A stretch of DNA of 64,000 nucleotides. Origin: Actinomycetota bacterium. GTDB lineage: Bacteria > Actinomycetota > Acidimicrobiia > Acidimicrobiales > SZUA-35. The stretch's first letter is position 1, and every line of letters starts with the position of its first letter. The notes under the pieces are model-generated. The model searched no databases, was not told where the DNA came from, and saw only the letters and a program-made list of their open reading frames with translations. Location: positions 7,738 through 71,737 of the forward strand of contig JBCCRO010000021.1 in assembly GCA_039201605.1 (NCBI GenBank). Reading direction: 5' to 3'. Both the position numbers and the translations under genes were made by a program. Below are positions 19,237 through 28,798 of this stretch, piece by piece.

Positions 19237-19773
19237 TCAGGGGCTGATGACCCCGCTCGGGATGGTGTTGAGCGTGAACGACGGGGTCGTCGGACCGATG
19301 GTGAACGTCGGACCCGGGGGCAGGGTCACGATGGTGAACGTCACCGTGCCGAAGGTGGTGTCGACCGTCGGTGGGACCGTGACCAGCGTCGGGCTGGTCG
19401 TGCTCGGCGTCACCGGGGTGCCGCTCGAGGGCGGTGCCGTCGTCGGCGCCGTGGTCGGCGTCGTCGTGGGGGCCGCCGTCACCGCCGGCTGGGTGGTCGC
19501 CGTGGTGGGCGCCGCCGGTGCCGTGGTGGCCGTGGTCGAGCTGCTGGTGGCGTCGCCGCGCTCGGCGGTGTCGTCGGTGTCGTCGGTCGAGTCCGTCGAG
19601 TCCGTGGTCTCGGTCGTCTCGGTGGTGGCCGGTGCGTTGCCCGAGGCGGCGCCCCGGCTGGTGGTTTCGGGCGTGAGGAGCACGTAGCTGCCTATGGCGG
19701 CGGCAACGGCGACGCCGACGGCGGCGATCACCGGGCCCAGCCGCCGCAGGTCGAATGTCGACTCGTTGTCCAT
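19237..19773 (-). CDS. Thr/Pro-rich membrane-anchored hypothetical protein
   Basis: GGAGG RBS, a single N-terminal TM helix and a low-complexity Thr-rich linker. Confidence 0.65.
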   Translation of the reverse strand: MDNESTFDLRRLGPVIAAVGVAVAAAIGSYVLLTPETTSRGAASGNAPATTETTETTDSTDSTDDTDDTAERGDATSSSTTATTAPAAPTTATTQPAVTAAPTTTPTTAPTTAPPSSGTPVTPSTTSPTLVTVPPTVDTTFGTVTFTIVTLPPGPTFTIGPTTPSFTLNTIPSGVISP

Positions 19774-19802
19774 GGTCTTCCCTCCGTGTGTGTAGTGGAC
19801 GC

Positions 19803-19838
19803 GCAAGGGGGCCCCGGTGATACCAGGACCCCCTTTGC
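19803..19838 (-). terminator. stem-loop downstream of the IniB-like gene
   Basis: Imperfect inverted repeat GCAAGGGGG...CCCCCTTTGC. Confidence 0.4.
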
Positions 19839-19910
19839 GGTTCTATGAACGTGTTTGCTTGCTGGAGCCTGAAGGCCGGGGCGGCGAGCGCCCCTCCCTC
19901 AGCCGTTGAC

Positions 19911-20750
19911 TCAGCCGTCGTAGACGTCGTCGTGGGCAGGCTCGTCGTAGTGGGGGTCGTCGTAGGTCTCGACGGGCTTGATCGGCTCGTAGGGCTTCGG
20001 CTCGGCGTACCCGTGACCACCGTCGACGTCCACGTCGATGTCGGTCTTGTGCACGTCGTCGTCGCTCGAGTAGTAGTCGCTCTTGTAGGACTCGTTGAAC
20101 GAGCCGTCCACGTCGGCGTCCACGTCGAGGGAGCGATCCTGGTCGCCCTCGCCGAACTCGGAGTTCTCGATGTGCCCGGCGTTGACGTTCTCGTTGCCGA
20201 TGACCGCAGCGTCGGAGGCGACGGTGTTGCCGCTACCGGTGGTGATGTTGTCGGCGTCGACGTTGTCGAGCTGGACGTTGCCCTCACCGGTCTGGAAGTT
20301 CGAGCCCTGGGCACCGTCGGCGATGATCGAGCCATCGTCGGCCTGGGTGATGTCGGTCACGTTGGCCTGGTGGATGCCGCCCTTGACGTCACCCTCGACG
20401 TAGAGGCTGTTGTCGACGTAGATCTGGTCGCCCTCTTCGACGGTGATGTTGATGCCCTGAGCGAAGATGTCGGCCAGCTGATCCGGGGTGTAGCCACCCT
20501 CGGGGGCGCCGTAGCCGTTGATCGACTCGTCGACGGCGGCCATCACGGCAGCCTGCTGGTCGGCGGGCAGGTCGCTGCCGGCCAGGGCCTGGGTGAGGAC
20601 CTCCATCGGGTCGATGTCCTCGGCCGGCACGTCGCTGGTGGCGGCGGCGAGGGTGTCGGCCGGGGCCTCGCTGAACTGCGAGAGCGCAGCCTGGTCACCG
20701 TTGAGCATGGCCGCGACCATGGTGACGAAGTCAGACAGCTGTTCATTCAT
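19911..20750 (-). CDS. IniB-like acidic protein
   Basis: GGAGGG RBS; helical N-terminus resembling the IniB N-terminal domain; Asn/Gly/Asp-rich C-terminus; next to a LuxR regulator and a dynamin pair. Confidence 0.65.
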   Translation of the reverse strand: MNEQLSDFVTMVAAMLNGDQAALSQFSEAPADTLAAATSDVPAEDIDPMEVLTQALAGSDLPADQQAAVMAAVDESINGYGAPEGGYTPDQLADIFAQGINITVEEGDQIYVDNSLYVEGDVKGGIHQANVTDITQADDGSIIADGAQGSNFQTGEGNVQLDNVDADNITTGSGNTVASDAAVIGNENVNAGHIENSEFGEGDQDRSLDVDADVDGSFNESYKSDYYSSDDDVHKTDIDVDVDGGHGYAEPKPYEPIKPVETYDDPHYDEPAHDDVYDG

Positions 20751-20836
20751 TGTGGTTCCCTCCGTGGGTGGTGTTCGTTGTGGTGTTGGGTGTTGCTTGC
20801 GTGTGACTCAACGTATGCCGGTTCGACCGGCCCCGA

Positions 20837-20864
20837 ATCGGGGAACCCCCTAGTCCTAGGGGGT
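20837..20864. promoter_or_regulatory. palindromic operator candidate upstream of the IniB-like gene
   Basis: ATCGGGGA followed by the palindrome ACCCCCTAG-TC-CTAGGGGGT. Confidence 0.5.
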
Positions 20865-20967
20865 GGAGGTAGGGGGTGCCCCTCCTCCGAACCGTCTGGT
20901 GAGTTCGCTGCCAGTTGTACACCATGGAGCACGCGCGTCTCTGCGGCGTCACCTGGAAATGCGCCGT

Positions 20968-23517
20968 TCAGCCCACGGCCTCGCGCACGATGCTCAGGAG
21001 CTCGGCCCGGGAGGTGGCTCCGAGCTTCTGGCGGATCTTGGCCACGTGGTGTTCGACGGTCTTGGGGGAGATGTAGAGCTGGGCCCCGATCTCCTTGTGG
21101 GTGCGGCCCTCGGCCACCAAAACCGCCACCTCGGCCTCCCGCTCGGAGAGGCCGAGGGAGGCCAGTCCGCCCGTGGTGCCCTCCTCGATCGAGTCGACCC
21201 CGGTGGCCCGGGCCCGCTCCAGCAACCGTCGGGCGGCCTGGGGGTCGGCTTCGTCGAGCGCGGCCTGGCCGAGCAGGCGCGACGCCTCCCAGCTCTCCCC
21301 GCACGCCATCAGGGCGTCGGCGACCGGGCCCAACGACTCCTCATCGGCCGTGCGGGCCATCACATCGGCCCAGGCGCCGGCGGCGGCCACCCGGGCCCGG
21401 GAGCGGCGATCGTTTGGCAGCAGCTTGGCCATCACCTCGGCCGCCGCCTCCACCTCGTCGTGGTCGTCGGCGGCGATGGCGACCTGGAGCCGGAGCCACT
21501 GGCCCATGACCGGGGCCGGACCGTCGGCGGGGAGTTCCGCCGTCTGTTCGAGCACGGCCTGCACGATCGGGGTGGTGCGGTCGTAGGCGTCGAGTCGGGC
21601 GCCGCAGGCCAGGATCTCGACCAGGAAGTCGGCGTACAGCCACGACGTCGAAGGGCGGAGCAGGGCCTGTTCGGCTCGGGCCCACGCCGTGCGCAGACGA
21701 CCGGTGTCGCCCGAGCGGCGGGCGATGGCCGCCTCCAAGGCGGCCAGCAGCAGCCGGTCGCGCTGGGCCAGGTGGGCGTCGGGGTCGGTGCCGGCGGCCG
21801 CCGCCTCCTGGGCCGGGGTGGGGCCGCCGTCCTCGGCCCCGGCGCTGAGGCCCTTGGCCCCCTCGGGGGCGTGGACGCGCAGCAGGTCGAGGGTGGGGCC
21901 GTAGTCGCCGCCCATCAGGGCGCCGTAGGCCCCGAGCAGCTGGTGGGTGAGCGTCTCGCCCGGGCCGCCGCTCCCGTTGGTCTCGGCCTGGGCGGTGAGG
22001 GTGGCCGCCGCCGGCAGGTCGCCGAGGACGACGGCGCCGAGGGCCCCCAGCTGGTGGGGGGTGAAGCCCAGGGGCGACGGCGGGCGGAGGCGGTCGAAGT
22101 CGTCGGCGGCGGCCGCGAACCCGCCGACGGCGTTGGCGGTGTGCCCGGTGGCCACCGCCGTGAGGGCCTGGGCCGTGGTGGCCAACAGCCGACCGAGCGC
22201 GGTGGTGGGGGCGCTGCCCTCGGCCGTGGCCGAGGAGCCGATCACGGTGGCCGCCATCCGACGCAGCGGGGGCGCCAGCTCGCCGTCGAGGACGCGCTCG
22301 GTGGCGGCGTCGAAGCGCAGCTCGCGCATGTCGAGGCCGTAGCCGAGCAGGGCGGCGTCGCCCGAGGTGGTCTGGGCGTCGTCGTCGAGGCCCTGCTCGA
22401 GCTGGTCGAGGTGGGCCAGCGCCCGACCCGATCCGACCCGGAAGGCACCGAGGCCCCGCAGGAACGACACATCGGCCGCCGGCAGGCCCCACTGCTCGGC
22501 CCGGTCGATCAGAGCCTCGGACTCCTCGGGCTCGGTCGACGACAGTTCGAGCGCCGCCCGACCGAGCACGCCGACCGAGCCCTCGGTCGAACCGGTCCCG
22601 CGGCGGAGGTGGCGGGCCGCCCGCACCACGTCCCGGTCGGCCAGAACGGCGCCGAGGGCGTCGTGGCCCTGAGCTCGCTCGGCCTGGGGTAGATCGATCA
22701 CGGTGGTGCGGGCCACCACGGCGATCAGGGCGCCGCCGTCGTCGACCAGGCCGCCGGACCGGGCGGCTCGTTCGGCCTCGGTGGCGTCGACGTCCTCGGG
22801 CAGGGCCTGGAGGGCGATGGCCAGGGCATCGTCCCCGCGCGGCCCGTCGCCCGGCGAAGCATCGGCCGGGGCGTCGTCGGTCTGTACCTGGAGGGCGAGG
22901 GCCCACAGGCCGACCAGCGCCACCGCCCCGGATCCGCTGCGCCGCACCCGTCGCTGGACGGCGTCGACCACGTCGGCGGGGGGTGCGGTCTGCCGGTCCC
23001 AGGAGGATTGCACCAGATCGGCGGCCAGGCCGGCCGAGCCGGCGGAGAGTACGTGCACCGCCTCCACCTCCTCCGAGGCCAGGGCCCCGGTGGCGCCGGG
23101 GACCTGGGCGGCCCGGATGCCGGCCAGCACCGGGGCGAAGTCGTCGAGGGCGACCAGGCCGAGTCGGGTGGCGGGGCCGGAGCGGCTCAGGGCGTCGTCG
23201 ACGGCGTCGAGCAGGTCGACGATCTCGGCCCCGGCGGCGCGGCCGACCGGCCGTCGAGCGGCCAGGATGGTCGCGGCGTCGGCGGCGGCGAGCAGGGCCC
23301 GGAGCGCGTCGGCGTCACACCAGTGGACGTCGTCGACGGCGAGGGCGTCGGCGCCGTCGAGGGCGGCGGTCACCTCGGCCGCCGACACCGGACGGGCCGG
23401 TCCCGGTCGCAGCCAGTTCACCTGGGAGCCGTCGTCGGCCAGTTCGGACGCCCAGCTCTCAAGCAGGAACGTCTTCCCGGTCCCTCCGACTCCGATCACG
23501 ATTCTCGACGGTGACAA
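20968..23517 (-). CDS. large ATP-binding LuxR-family regulator (IniR-like)
   Basis: N-terminal P-loop GVGGTGKT; C-terminal LuxR HTH LSEREAEVA...ISPKTVEHHVAKIRQKLG. Confidence 0.85.
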   Translation of the reverse strand: MSPSRIVIGVGGTGKTFLLESWASELADDGSQVNWLRPGPARPVSAAEVTAALDGADALAVDDVHWCDADALRALLAAADAATILAARRPVGRAAGAEIVDLLDAVDDALSRSGPATRLGLVALDDFAPVLAGIRAAQVPGATGALASEEVEAVHVLSAGSAGLAADLVQSSWDRQTAPPADVVDAVQRRVRRSGSGAVALVGLWALALQVQTDDAPADASPGDGPRGDDALAIALQALPEDVDATEAERAARSGGLVDDGGALIAVVARTTVIDLPQAERAQGHDALGAVLADRDVVRAARHLRRGTGSTEGSVGVLGRAALELSSTEPEESEALIDRAEQWGLPAADVSFLRGLGAFRVGSGRALAHLDQLEQGLDDDAQTTSGDAALLGYGLDMRELRFDAATERVLDGELAPPLRRMAATVIGSSATAEGSAPTTALGRLLATTAQALTAVATGHTANAVGGFAAAADDFDRLRPPSPLGFTPHQLGALGAVVLGDLPAAATLTAQAETNGSGGPGETLTHQLLGAYGALMGGDYGPTLDLLRVHAPEGAKGLSAGAEDGGPTPAQEAAAAGTDPDAHLAQRDRLLLAALEAAIARRSGDTGRLRTAWARAEQALLRPSTSWLYADFLVEILACGARLDAYDRTTPIVQAVLEQTAELPADGPAPVMGQWLRLQVAIAADDHDEVEAAAEVMAKLLPNDRRSRARVAAAGAWADVMARTADEESLGPVADALMACGESWEASRLLGQAALDEADPQAARRLLERARATGVDSIEEGTTGGLASLGLSEREAEVAVLVAEGRTHKEIGAQLYISPKTVEHHVAKIRQKLGATSRAELLSIVREAVG

Positions 23518-23667
23518 GCTCCCCCCAAACCCGCTCCACGGTGCAAGAACGACGATCGTAGCGGAGCCGTTCTTTGTCCTGGGTGGTGATGCCGATAGTG
23601 TCGAGTTTGGGAAACCCGCCGGTTTTGGGAACCGGCGGTGGTGATTTGTGGTGATGAGGAACGACTG

Positions 23668-25533
23668 GTGAATGCTCCCGATCCCAATGGCGATGTTCGA
23701 AGCGCTCTCGAACTCGGGGTGAAGGCCGCCACGGCGTACGAACGGCTCGATCTGGCCGAGCGTCTCAAGGCCAACCTGACCGAGGTCCTAGAGCCGGCGA
23801 TCACCGTCGTGGCGGTCGGCGAGTTCAAGCAGGGCAAGAGTTCCCTGGTCAACGCCCTGGTCAACGTCAACATCTGCCCGGTCGACGACGACATCGCCAC
23901 CGCCGTCAACACCTTCGTCCGCTACGGCCCCGAGCGTCGGGCTCATGCCCTGATCAAGCGGACCGACAACCCCGAGGCCGAGGCCGCCCGGGTGGCGATC
24001 GACCCCAAGCAGATCCGCAGCTACGCCACCGAGCACGGTCAGCACGATCCGAACGTGCAGGTGCAGGGCGTCGAGATCGAGCTGCCCCGCAAGCTGTTGC
24101 AGGACGGCATTGTGATCATGGACACACCCGGGGTCGGTGGCCTCGGGTCGGCTCACGCCGCCGCCAGCCTCAAGGCGATGTCGTTGGCCGACGCCGCCCT
24201 GTTCATCAGCGATGCGTCGCAGGAGTACACCCGGGCCGAGATGGACTACCTGGCCCAGGCTGTGGAGATGTGCCCCACGGTCATCTGTGTGATGACCAAG
24301 ATCGACCTCTACCCACGCTGGCGGCGGGTGTTGGAGATCAACCAGGGCCACCTGAGCCGCCTCGGCCACGGGCATCTGCCGATCTTCCCGGTGTCGTCGT
24401 CGCTGCGGATCGAGGGGATCAACCGCAAGGACAAGGAGATCAACGCCCAGTCCGGGTTCCCCCAGATGGTCCAGCACATCACCGACGAGGTGGTGGCCAA
24501 CAACGCCATGCAGAAGCGGGCCGGCGCCCGCAACAACCTGCTGTCGGTGTGCGACCAGCTGAAGGCCCAGTTCGAGCCGAAGCGGGCCGCCCTGAACGAT
24601 CCCAACGCCCACGCCGAGCTGGTGTCGTCGCTCGAGCGGGCCAAGGCCGACGCCGAGGCGCTGCGCAGTCAGGTGTCGAAGTGGAACGTGACGCTCAACG
24701 ACGGGGTGTCCGATCTCACCAGCGACGTCGACCACGATTTCCGGGCCCGGATCCGGCAGATACTGGCCGATGCCGACAACTCGATCACCGAGCACGATCC
24801 GGGCGGCATGTGGGACGAGTTCGAGCCGTGGCTGACGAGCGCCGTGTCGCAGGCGACGGTGGCCAACTACCGCTTCCTGTCGGAGCGGGCCGCCTACCTG
24901 AGCAACGAGGTGGCCCAGCACTTCGACACCGGTCAGAGCCTGGTGGTGGCCCACCTCGACGTGGGCGATGCGGCCAAGGCCCTCGGTCGCGTGGGGGTCG
25001 AGGCCGACTTCGAGATGGAGGACACCGGTGTGATGGCCCACGGCCTCAACGTGGCCCGAGGTTCGATGGGTGGCCTGATCATGGGTAGCTTCGCCGGCAC
25101 CGGCCTCGGCTTCCTCGGCCTCGGTGCCGTGATCGGCACCTTCGCCGTCACCGCCGCCCCCATCGCCCTGTTCGTCGCCGTGATGGGGCGCAAGACGATC
25201 AAGGACGAGGCCGAGCGGGCTCTGCAACGCCGCCGGGCCGACGCCAAGAACGCCGTCCGTCGCTACTGCGACGAGGTGTCGTTCCAGGTGTCGAAGGACA
25301 GTCGGGACACGCTGCGCCTGGTGCAGCGGCAGCTCCGCGACCACTACTCGGCCCGGGCCGAGGAGCTCAACAAGTCGACGAGCGAGGCCCTCAAGCAGGC
25401 CAACTCGGCGGCCAAGGTGGCCGAGCAGGATCGGGCCAAGCAGCTTCGGGACGTCACCGCCGAGCTCGAGCGGATCGAGGGCCTGCGCAAGCGGGCCGAC
25501 GCCCTGGTGCCGGCCGGGGCGGTGGCCGGATGA
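23668..25533 (+). CDS. bacterial dynamin-like GTPase (IniA-like)
   Basis: G1 GEFKQGKSS, G3 DTPGVGG and G4 TKID; hydrophobic paddle near the C-terminus. Confidence 0.9.
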   Translation: MNAPDPNGDVRSALELGVKAATAYERLDLAERLKANLTEVLEPAITVVAVGEFKQGKSSLVNALVNVNICPVDDDIATAVNTFVRYGPERRAHALIKRTDNPEAEAARVAIDPKQIRSYATEHGQHDPNVQVQGVEIELPRKLLQDGIVIMDTPGVGGLGSAHAAASLKAMSLADAALFISDASQEYTRAEMDYLAQAVEMCPTVICVMTKIDLYPRWRRVLEINQGHLSRLGHGHLPIFPVSSSLRIEGINRKDKEINAQSGFPQMVQHITDEVVANNAMQKRAGARNNLLSVCDQLKAQFEPKRAALNDPNAHAELVSSLERAKADAEALRSQVSKWNVTLNDGVSDLTSDVDHDFRARIRQILADADNSITEHDPGGMWDEFEPWLTSAVSQATVANYRFLSERAAYLSNEVAQHFDTGQSLVVAHLDVGDAAKALGRVGVEADFEMEDTGVMAHGLNVARGSMGGLIMGSFAGTGLGFLGLGAVIGTFAVTAAPIALFVAVMGRKTIKDEAERALQRRRADAKNAVRRYCDEVSFQVSKDSRDTLRLVQRQLRDHYSARAEELNKSTSEALKQANSAAKVAEQDRAKQLRDVTAELERIEGLRKRADALVPAGAVAG

Positions 25534-27023
25534 GCGACCAACTGATCGAACGTTCCCGCGAGCTGCTCGATCGGGCCGAGGCCGCCTTCTCCGGTCTGCC
25601 CGGGGTCGAAGCGCTCAACCTGGCCCGGGCCCGGCTCGACGGCCCGCTCCGGGTGGCGATCGCCGGCAAGGTCAAGGCCGGCAAGTCCACGCTGCTCAAC
25701 GCCCTGGTCGGCGATCGCCTGGCCCCCACCGACACCGGTGAGTGCACCAAGATCGTCACCTGGTACCAGGACGGCCACACCTACCAGGTGCTCCTCCACC
25801 CCCGGGACGGCTCGCCCGCCCAGCAGGTCCGCTTCCAGCGGGACGACGGCGCCATCGACGTCGATCTCGGGGGGCGGGATCCGCTCGAGGTCGATCGGCT
25901 GTCGATCACGTGGCCGTCGAGTTCGCTGCGGCGCATCACCCTGATCGACACCCCCGGTATCGACACCCTGAGCGAGCAGGTCGGCCAGCGGGCCTTCGAG
26001 TTCCTCGATCCCAAAGACGCCGAGACTCCTGCCGACGCCGTGCTCTACCTGATGAAGCACGTGCACGTGTCGGACCTCCGCCTGCTGGAGGCCTTCCACG
26101 ACGAGGCGGTGTCGCAGCCCAATCCGGTGAACGCCATCGCCGTGCTGTCCCGGGCCGACGAGGTGGGCTCGGGCCGGATGGACGCCATGGGCTCCGCCCG
26201 CAAGATCGCCGCCCGCTACGGCCGCGACGCCCGACTACGCAGCCTGGTGCAGATGGTGCTGCCGATGGCGGGCCTGTTGGCCGAGACGGCCGAGACCCTC
26301 ACCGAGCGGGAGTACCAGCAGCTGGCTCAGCTGGCCACGGTGCCCCGGCCGGTGATCGAGGCTCATCTGCTGTCGGCCGACCGGTTCATCAACGCCCCAC
26401 CCGAGACCCCGCTCACCGACCTGGAGCGGGAGGCCCTGCTCGGCCGTTTCGGCATCTTCGGCATCCGCCAGTCGTTGGCCCTGCTGCGGTCGAAGTCGGT
26501 GACGTCCAGCGTGGAGCTGGCCGAGGAGCTGGCTCGCCGGTCGGGCCTCAACGAGCTGCAGACCGTGCTGACCACGTTGTTCATCGATCGGGCCACCGTG
26601 CTCAAGGCCCGATCGGCCCTGCTCACGGTCGAGCGCCTCTGCGAGGAGAACAGCCACAATCCGGCCTCCGCCGATCTGCTGCTCGGCATCGAGCAGATCA
26701 TGGCCGGAGCCCATCCGTTCAACGAGCTGGCCACGCTGGCCTCGGTCCGCACCGGTCGGATCAAGGCCCGTGACGAGGATCTCTTCGACCTGGAGCGGAC
26801 CCTGGGCTCGACCGGCACCGCCGCCTGGCAGCGGCTCGATCTACCGGAGTCGACCCCCGACGCCGAGCTGCTGACCGCCGGGTACACCGCCATCGGTCGC
26901 TGGCAGCGCCTGGCCGAGAGCCCGCTGACCTCCTACGACCTGGCCCAGGCGGCCCGCGTCGCCATCCGCAGCCTCGAGGAGATCGTGGCTCGGCTCTCGG
27001 CCGCACAACAACAGCAGGGCTGA
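25530..27023 (+). CDS. bacterial dynamin-like GTPase (IniC-like)
   Basis: GKVKAGKSTLLNAL, APTDTGECT, DTPG and LSRADE; ATGA overlap with the upstream gene. Confidence 0.9.
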   Translation: MSDQLIERSRELLDRAEAAFSGLPGVEALNLARARLDGPLRVAIAGKVKAGKSTLLNALVGDRLAPTDTGECTKIVTWYQDGHTYQVLLHPRDGSPAQQVRFQRDDGAIDVDLGGRDPLEVDRLSITWPSSSLRRITLIDTPGIDTLSEQVGQRAFEFLDPKDAETPADAVLYLMKHVHVSDLRLLEAFHDEAVSQPNPVNAIAVLSRADEVGSGRMDAMGSARKIAARYGRDARLRSLVQMVLPMAGLLAETAETLTEREYQQLAQLATVPRPVIEAHLLSADRFINAPPETPLTDLEREALLGRFGIFGIRQSLALLRSKSVTSSVELAEELARRSGLNELQTVLTTLFIDRATVLKARSALLTVERLCEENSHNPASADLLLGIEQIMAGAHPFNELATLASVRTGRIKARDEDLFDLERTLGSTGTAAWQRLDLPESTPDAELLTAGYTAIGRWQRLAESPLTSYDLAQAARVAIRSLEEIVARLSAAQQQQG

Positions 27024-27080
27024 GGCCGGCCGTCGGCTTGCCGGCGGCGGGCGGTCCCGGGGGGGACGGACGGTGTCGAC

Positions 27081-27140
27081 TGCCCACTTAGGTCCGAATC
27101 GGCGCGCCTGAGCCCACCCGAATTCGGACCTAAGTGGGCA
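27081..27140. repeat. 19-bp perfect inverted repeat (REP-like element or bidirectional terminator)
   Basis: TGCCCACTTAGGTCCGAAT-N22-ATTCGGACCTAAGTGGGCA between convergent genes. Confidence 0.8.
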
Positions 27141-27262
27141 CGCTTCGGAACCACCGCGTCGGAGGCCGGTGCAGGTCACGGGTGCCCGCCCGGGTCGGTG
27201 CGCCGCCCCCTACGGGCTGGGCGAGGCGGGCACGATGTCCCGCTCGTCACCGAGTGCGAAAG

Positions 27263-27877
27263 CTAGCCGAGGTCGAAGTCGAGATCGTCGGGGTCGAAGT
27301 CGTCGCCCCCGTCGACCACCTCGCTGAGATCGTCGAGCAGTCCGCCCCCGATCTCGGCGACATCGTCGAGGTCGTCGATCCCGTCGATGCCGGTGCTCTC
27401 GGCGGCCGGGGTGTCGAAGTCGTAGTCCGCGTCGGCGTCGTCGGCGGTCGTCTCAGCCTCGTCGGTGGAGACGGCGAACTCGCCGGTGCCGAAGGTGTCG
27501 GCCAAGCTCTCCGCCAGGTCGTCGGCATCGGCCACGTCGGCCAGGCCGTCGAAGTCGAGATCGCCGGGGTCGGCGTCGGTCACCCCGCCGGCCACGTCGG
27601 CGAGCAGCTCGAACACGCCGTCGCTGTCGGCCAGCATGGCCTCGACGTCGGGAGCCGAGGGCAGGTCACCCTCGCCGAAGGGGACCTCGGACAGCCGGGT
27701 CACGATGGGGGACAGGGCATCGGCCATGTCGAGCGGGGCCCGCTCGGCGAAGTGGCCCAATGCGGTTTCGAGGGCGTCGGGCGGCAGATCGCCGAGCCCG
27801 TAGCTCTCCAGGACCGCAGCGGGGTCGAGCTCTCCTCGGCCCTCCATGAGGTCTCGTAGCGCCTCTCGAATAGTCAT
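27263..27877 (-). CDS. very acidic hypothetical protein, IniB N-terminal-like
   Basis: MTIREALRDL...DPAAVLESYGLGDLPP followed by an Asp-rich tail. Confidence 0.6.
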   Translation of the reverse strand: MTIREALRDLMEGRGELDPAAVLESYGLGDLPPDALETALGHFAERAPLDMADALSPIVTRLSEVPFGEGDLPSAPDVEAMLADSDGVFELLADVAGGVTDADPGDLDFDGLADVADADDLAESLADTFGTGEFAVSTDEAETTADDADADYDFDTPAAESTGIDGIDDLDDVAEIGGGLLDDLSEVVDGGDDFDPDDLDFDLG

Positions 27878-28668
27878 GGTGACACCGTAGATCGGCTGGT
27901 ATCGGCATCCATCGGGGAAACCCCCGTACCTGTGGGGGGAGTGGTTGGAATCGGAACCTCTTCGCCGTCCGGCGGGCCGTCCTGAGGGGCGTTTTCCCAG
28001 CTCAGAGCAGCCTTGGCCAAACCGTCGATCAGGTCGTGAACGTGGGTGAACCGCCGGTCGATGGCGTCGATCTCCGAGCGCCGATCCGGGCCCCCGTAGG
28101 GCGGAGGGCCGCCGTGGGCCGGCCAGTACCAGATCAGCGGCGTGAGGCCCCGCACCCGCGGGGGCAGTTCGAGCTGCGTCCCGCCACCGCGGGTCAGGTT
28201 GCAGGGGTTGCGAGGGTGAAGGCCCCGAAGCTGCTTGGGGATGTCGTCGATGTCGTCGATCACCCGATAGGCGGGCACGGCGTCGCGCAGGTGGCCGGCC
28301 ACATGGTGGGCCAGCTCCCGATTCCCACCGCCGCACAGCAGGCTGGTGAAGTGACCCCGCTTGCCGTAGCCGTGGACGGCGACGACGTGATCACAGTGGT
28401 CGAGGAAGGCCTGCAGCTTCGGCGAGTCGGCCGGATCGACCTTGGTCGACGGCAGGTGATGGCGCATGCCCTCCGGTTGGAGCACGGCGTAGAACGAGGC
28501 CCCTGATCGGGCGGCGGCCTCGGAGGCGATCTGGTCGGTGATCCGCTCCAGGTTGCCGCCGTGGAAGGCCATGAACCCGAACCTGCCCCGCAGATCGAGA
28601 GCCTCGACGACCCCCGGTCGCCGCAGCAGTTCACCGAAGGCGATGGGGGAGCGGTCGACCTCTAGCAC
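27874..28668 (-). CDS. poly-gamma-glutamate hydrolase (DUF867)-like protein
   Basis: AFHGGNLE, VAVHGYG and NPCN...GGTQLEL; start codon uncertain. Confidence 0.75.
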   Translation of the reverse strand: MLEVDRSPIAFGELLRRPGVVEALDLRGRFGFMAFHGGNLERITDQIASEAAARSGASFYAVLQPEGMRHHLPSTKVDPADSPKLQAFLDHCDHVVAVHGYGKRGHFTSLLCGGGNRELAHHVAGHLRDAVPAYRVIDDIDDIPKQLRGLHPRNPCNLTRGGGTQLELPPRVRGLTPLIWYWPAHGGPPPYGGPDRRSEIDAIDRRFTHVHDLIDGLAKAALSWENAPQDGPPDGEEVPIPTTPPTGTGVSPMDADTSRSTVSP

Positions 28669-28798
28669 GGCCTCCAGCGTGGCAGGCTCACGCCGAACCG
28701 CCCAACCGTGCGTCGGATCGACGGTGGATCGGCGCCGGATCGGCCCCCGGATGCGGCCGGCCCGACGGGCCGACCGCATCGGGTGGGGGGTACGAGGA

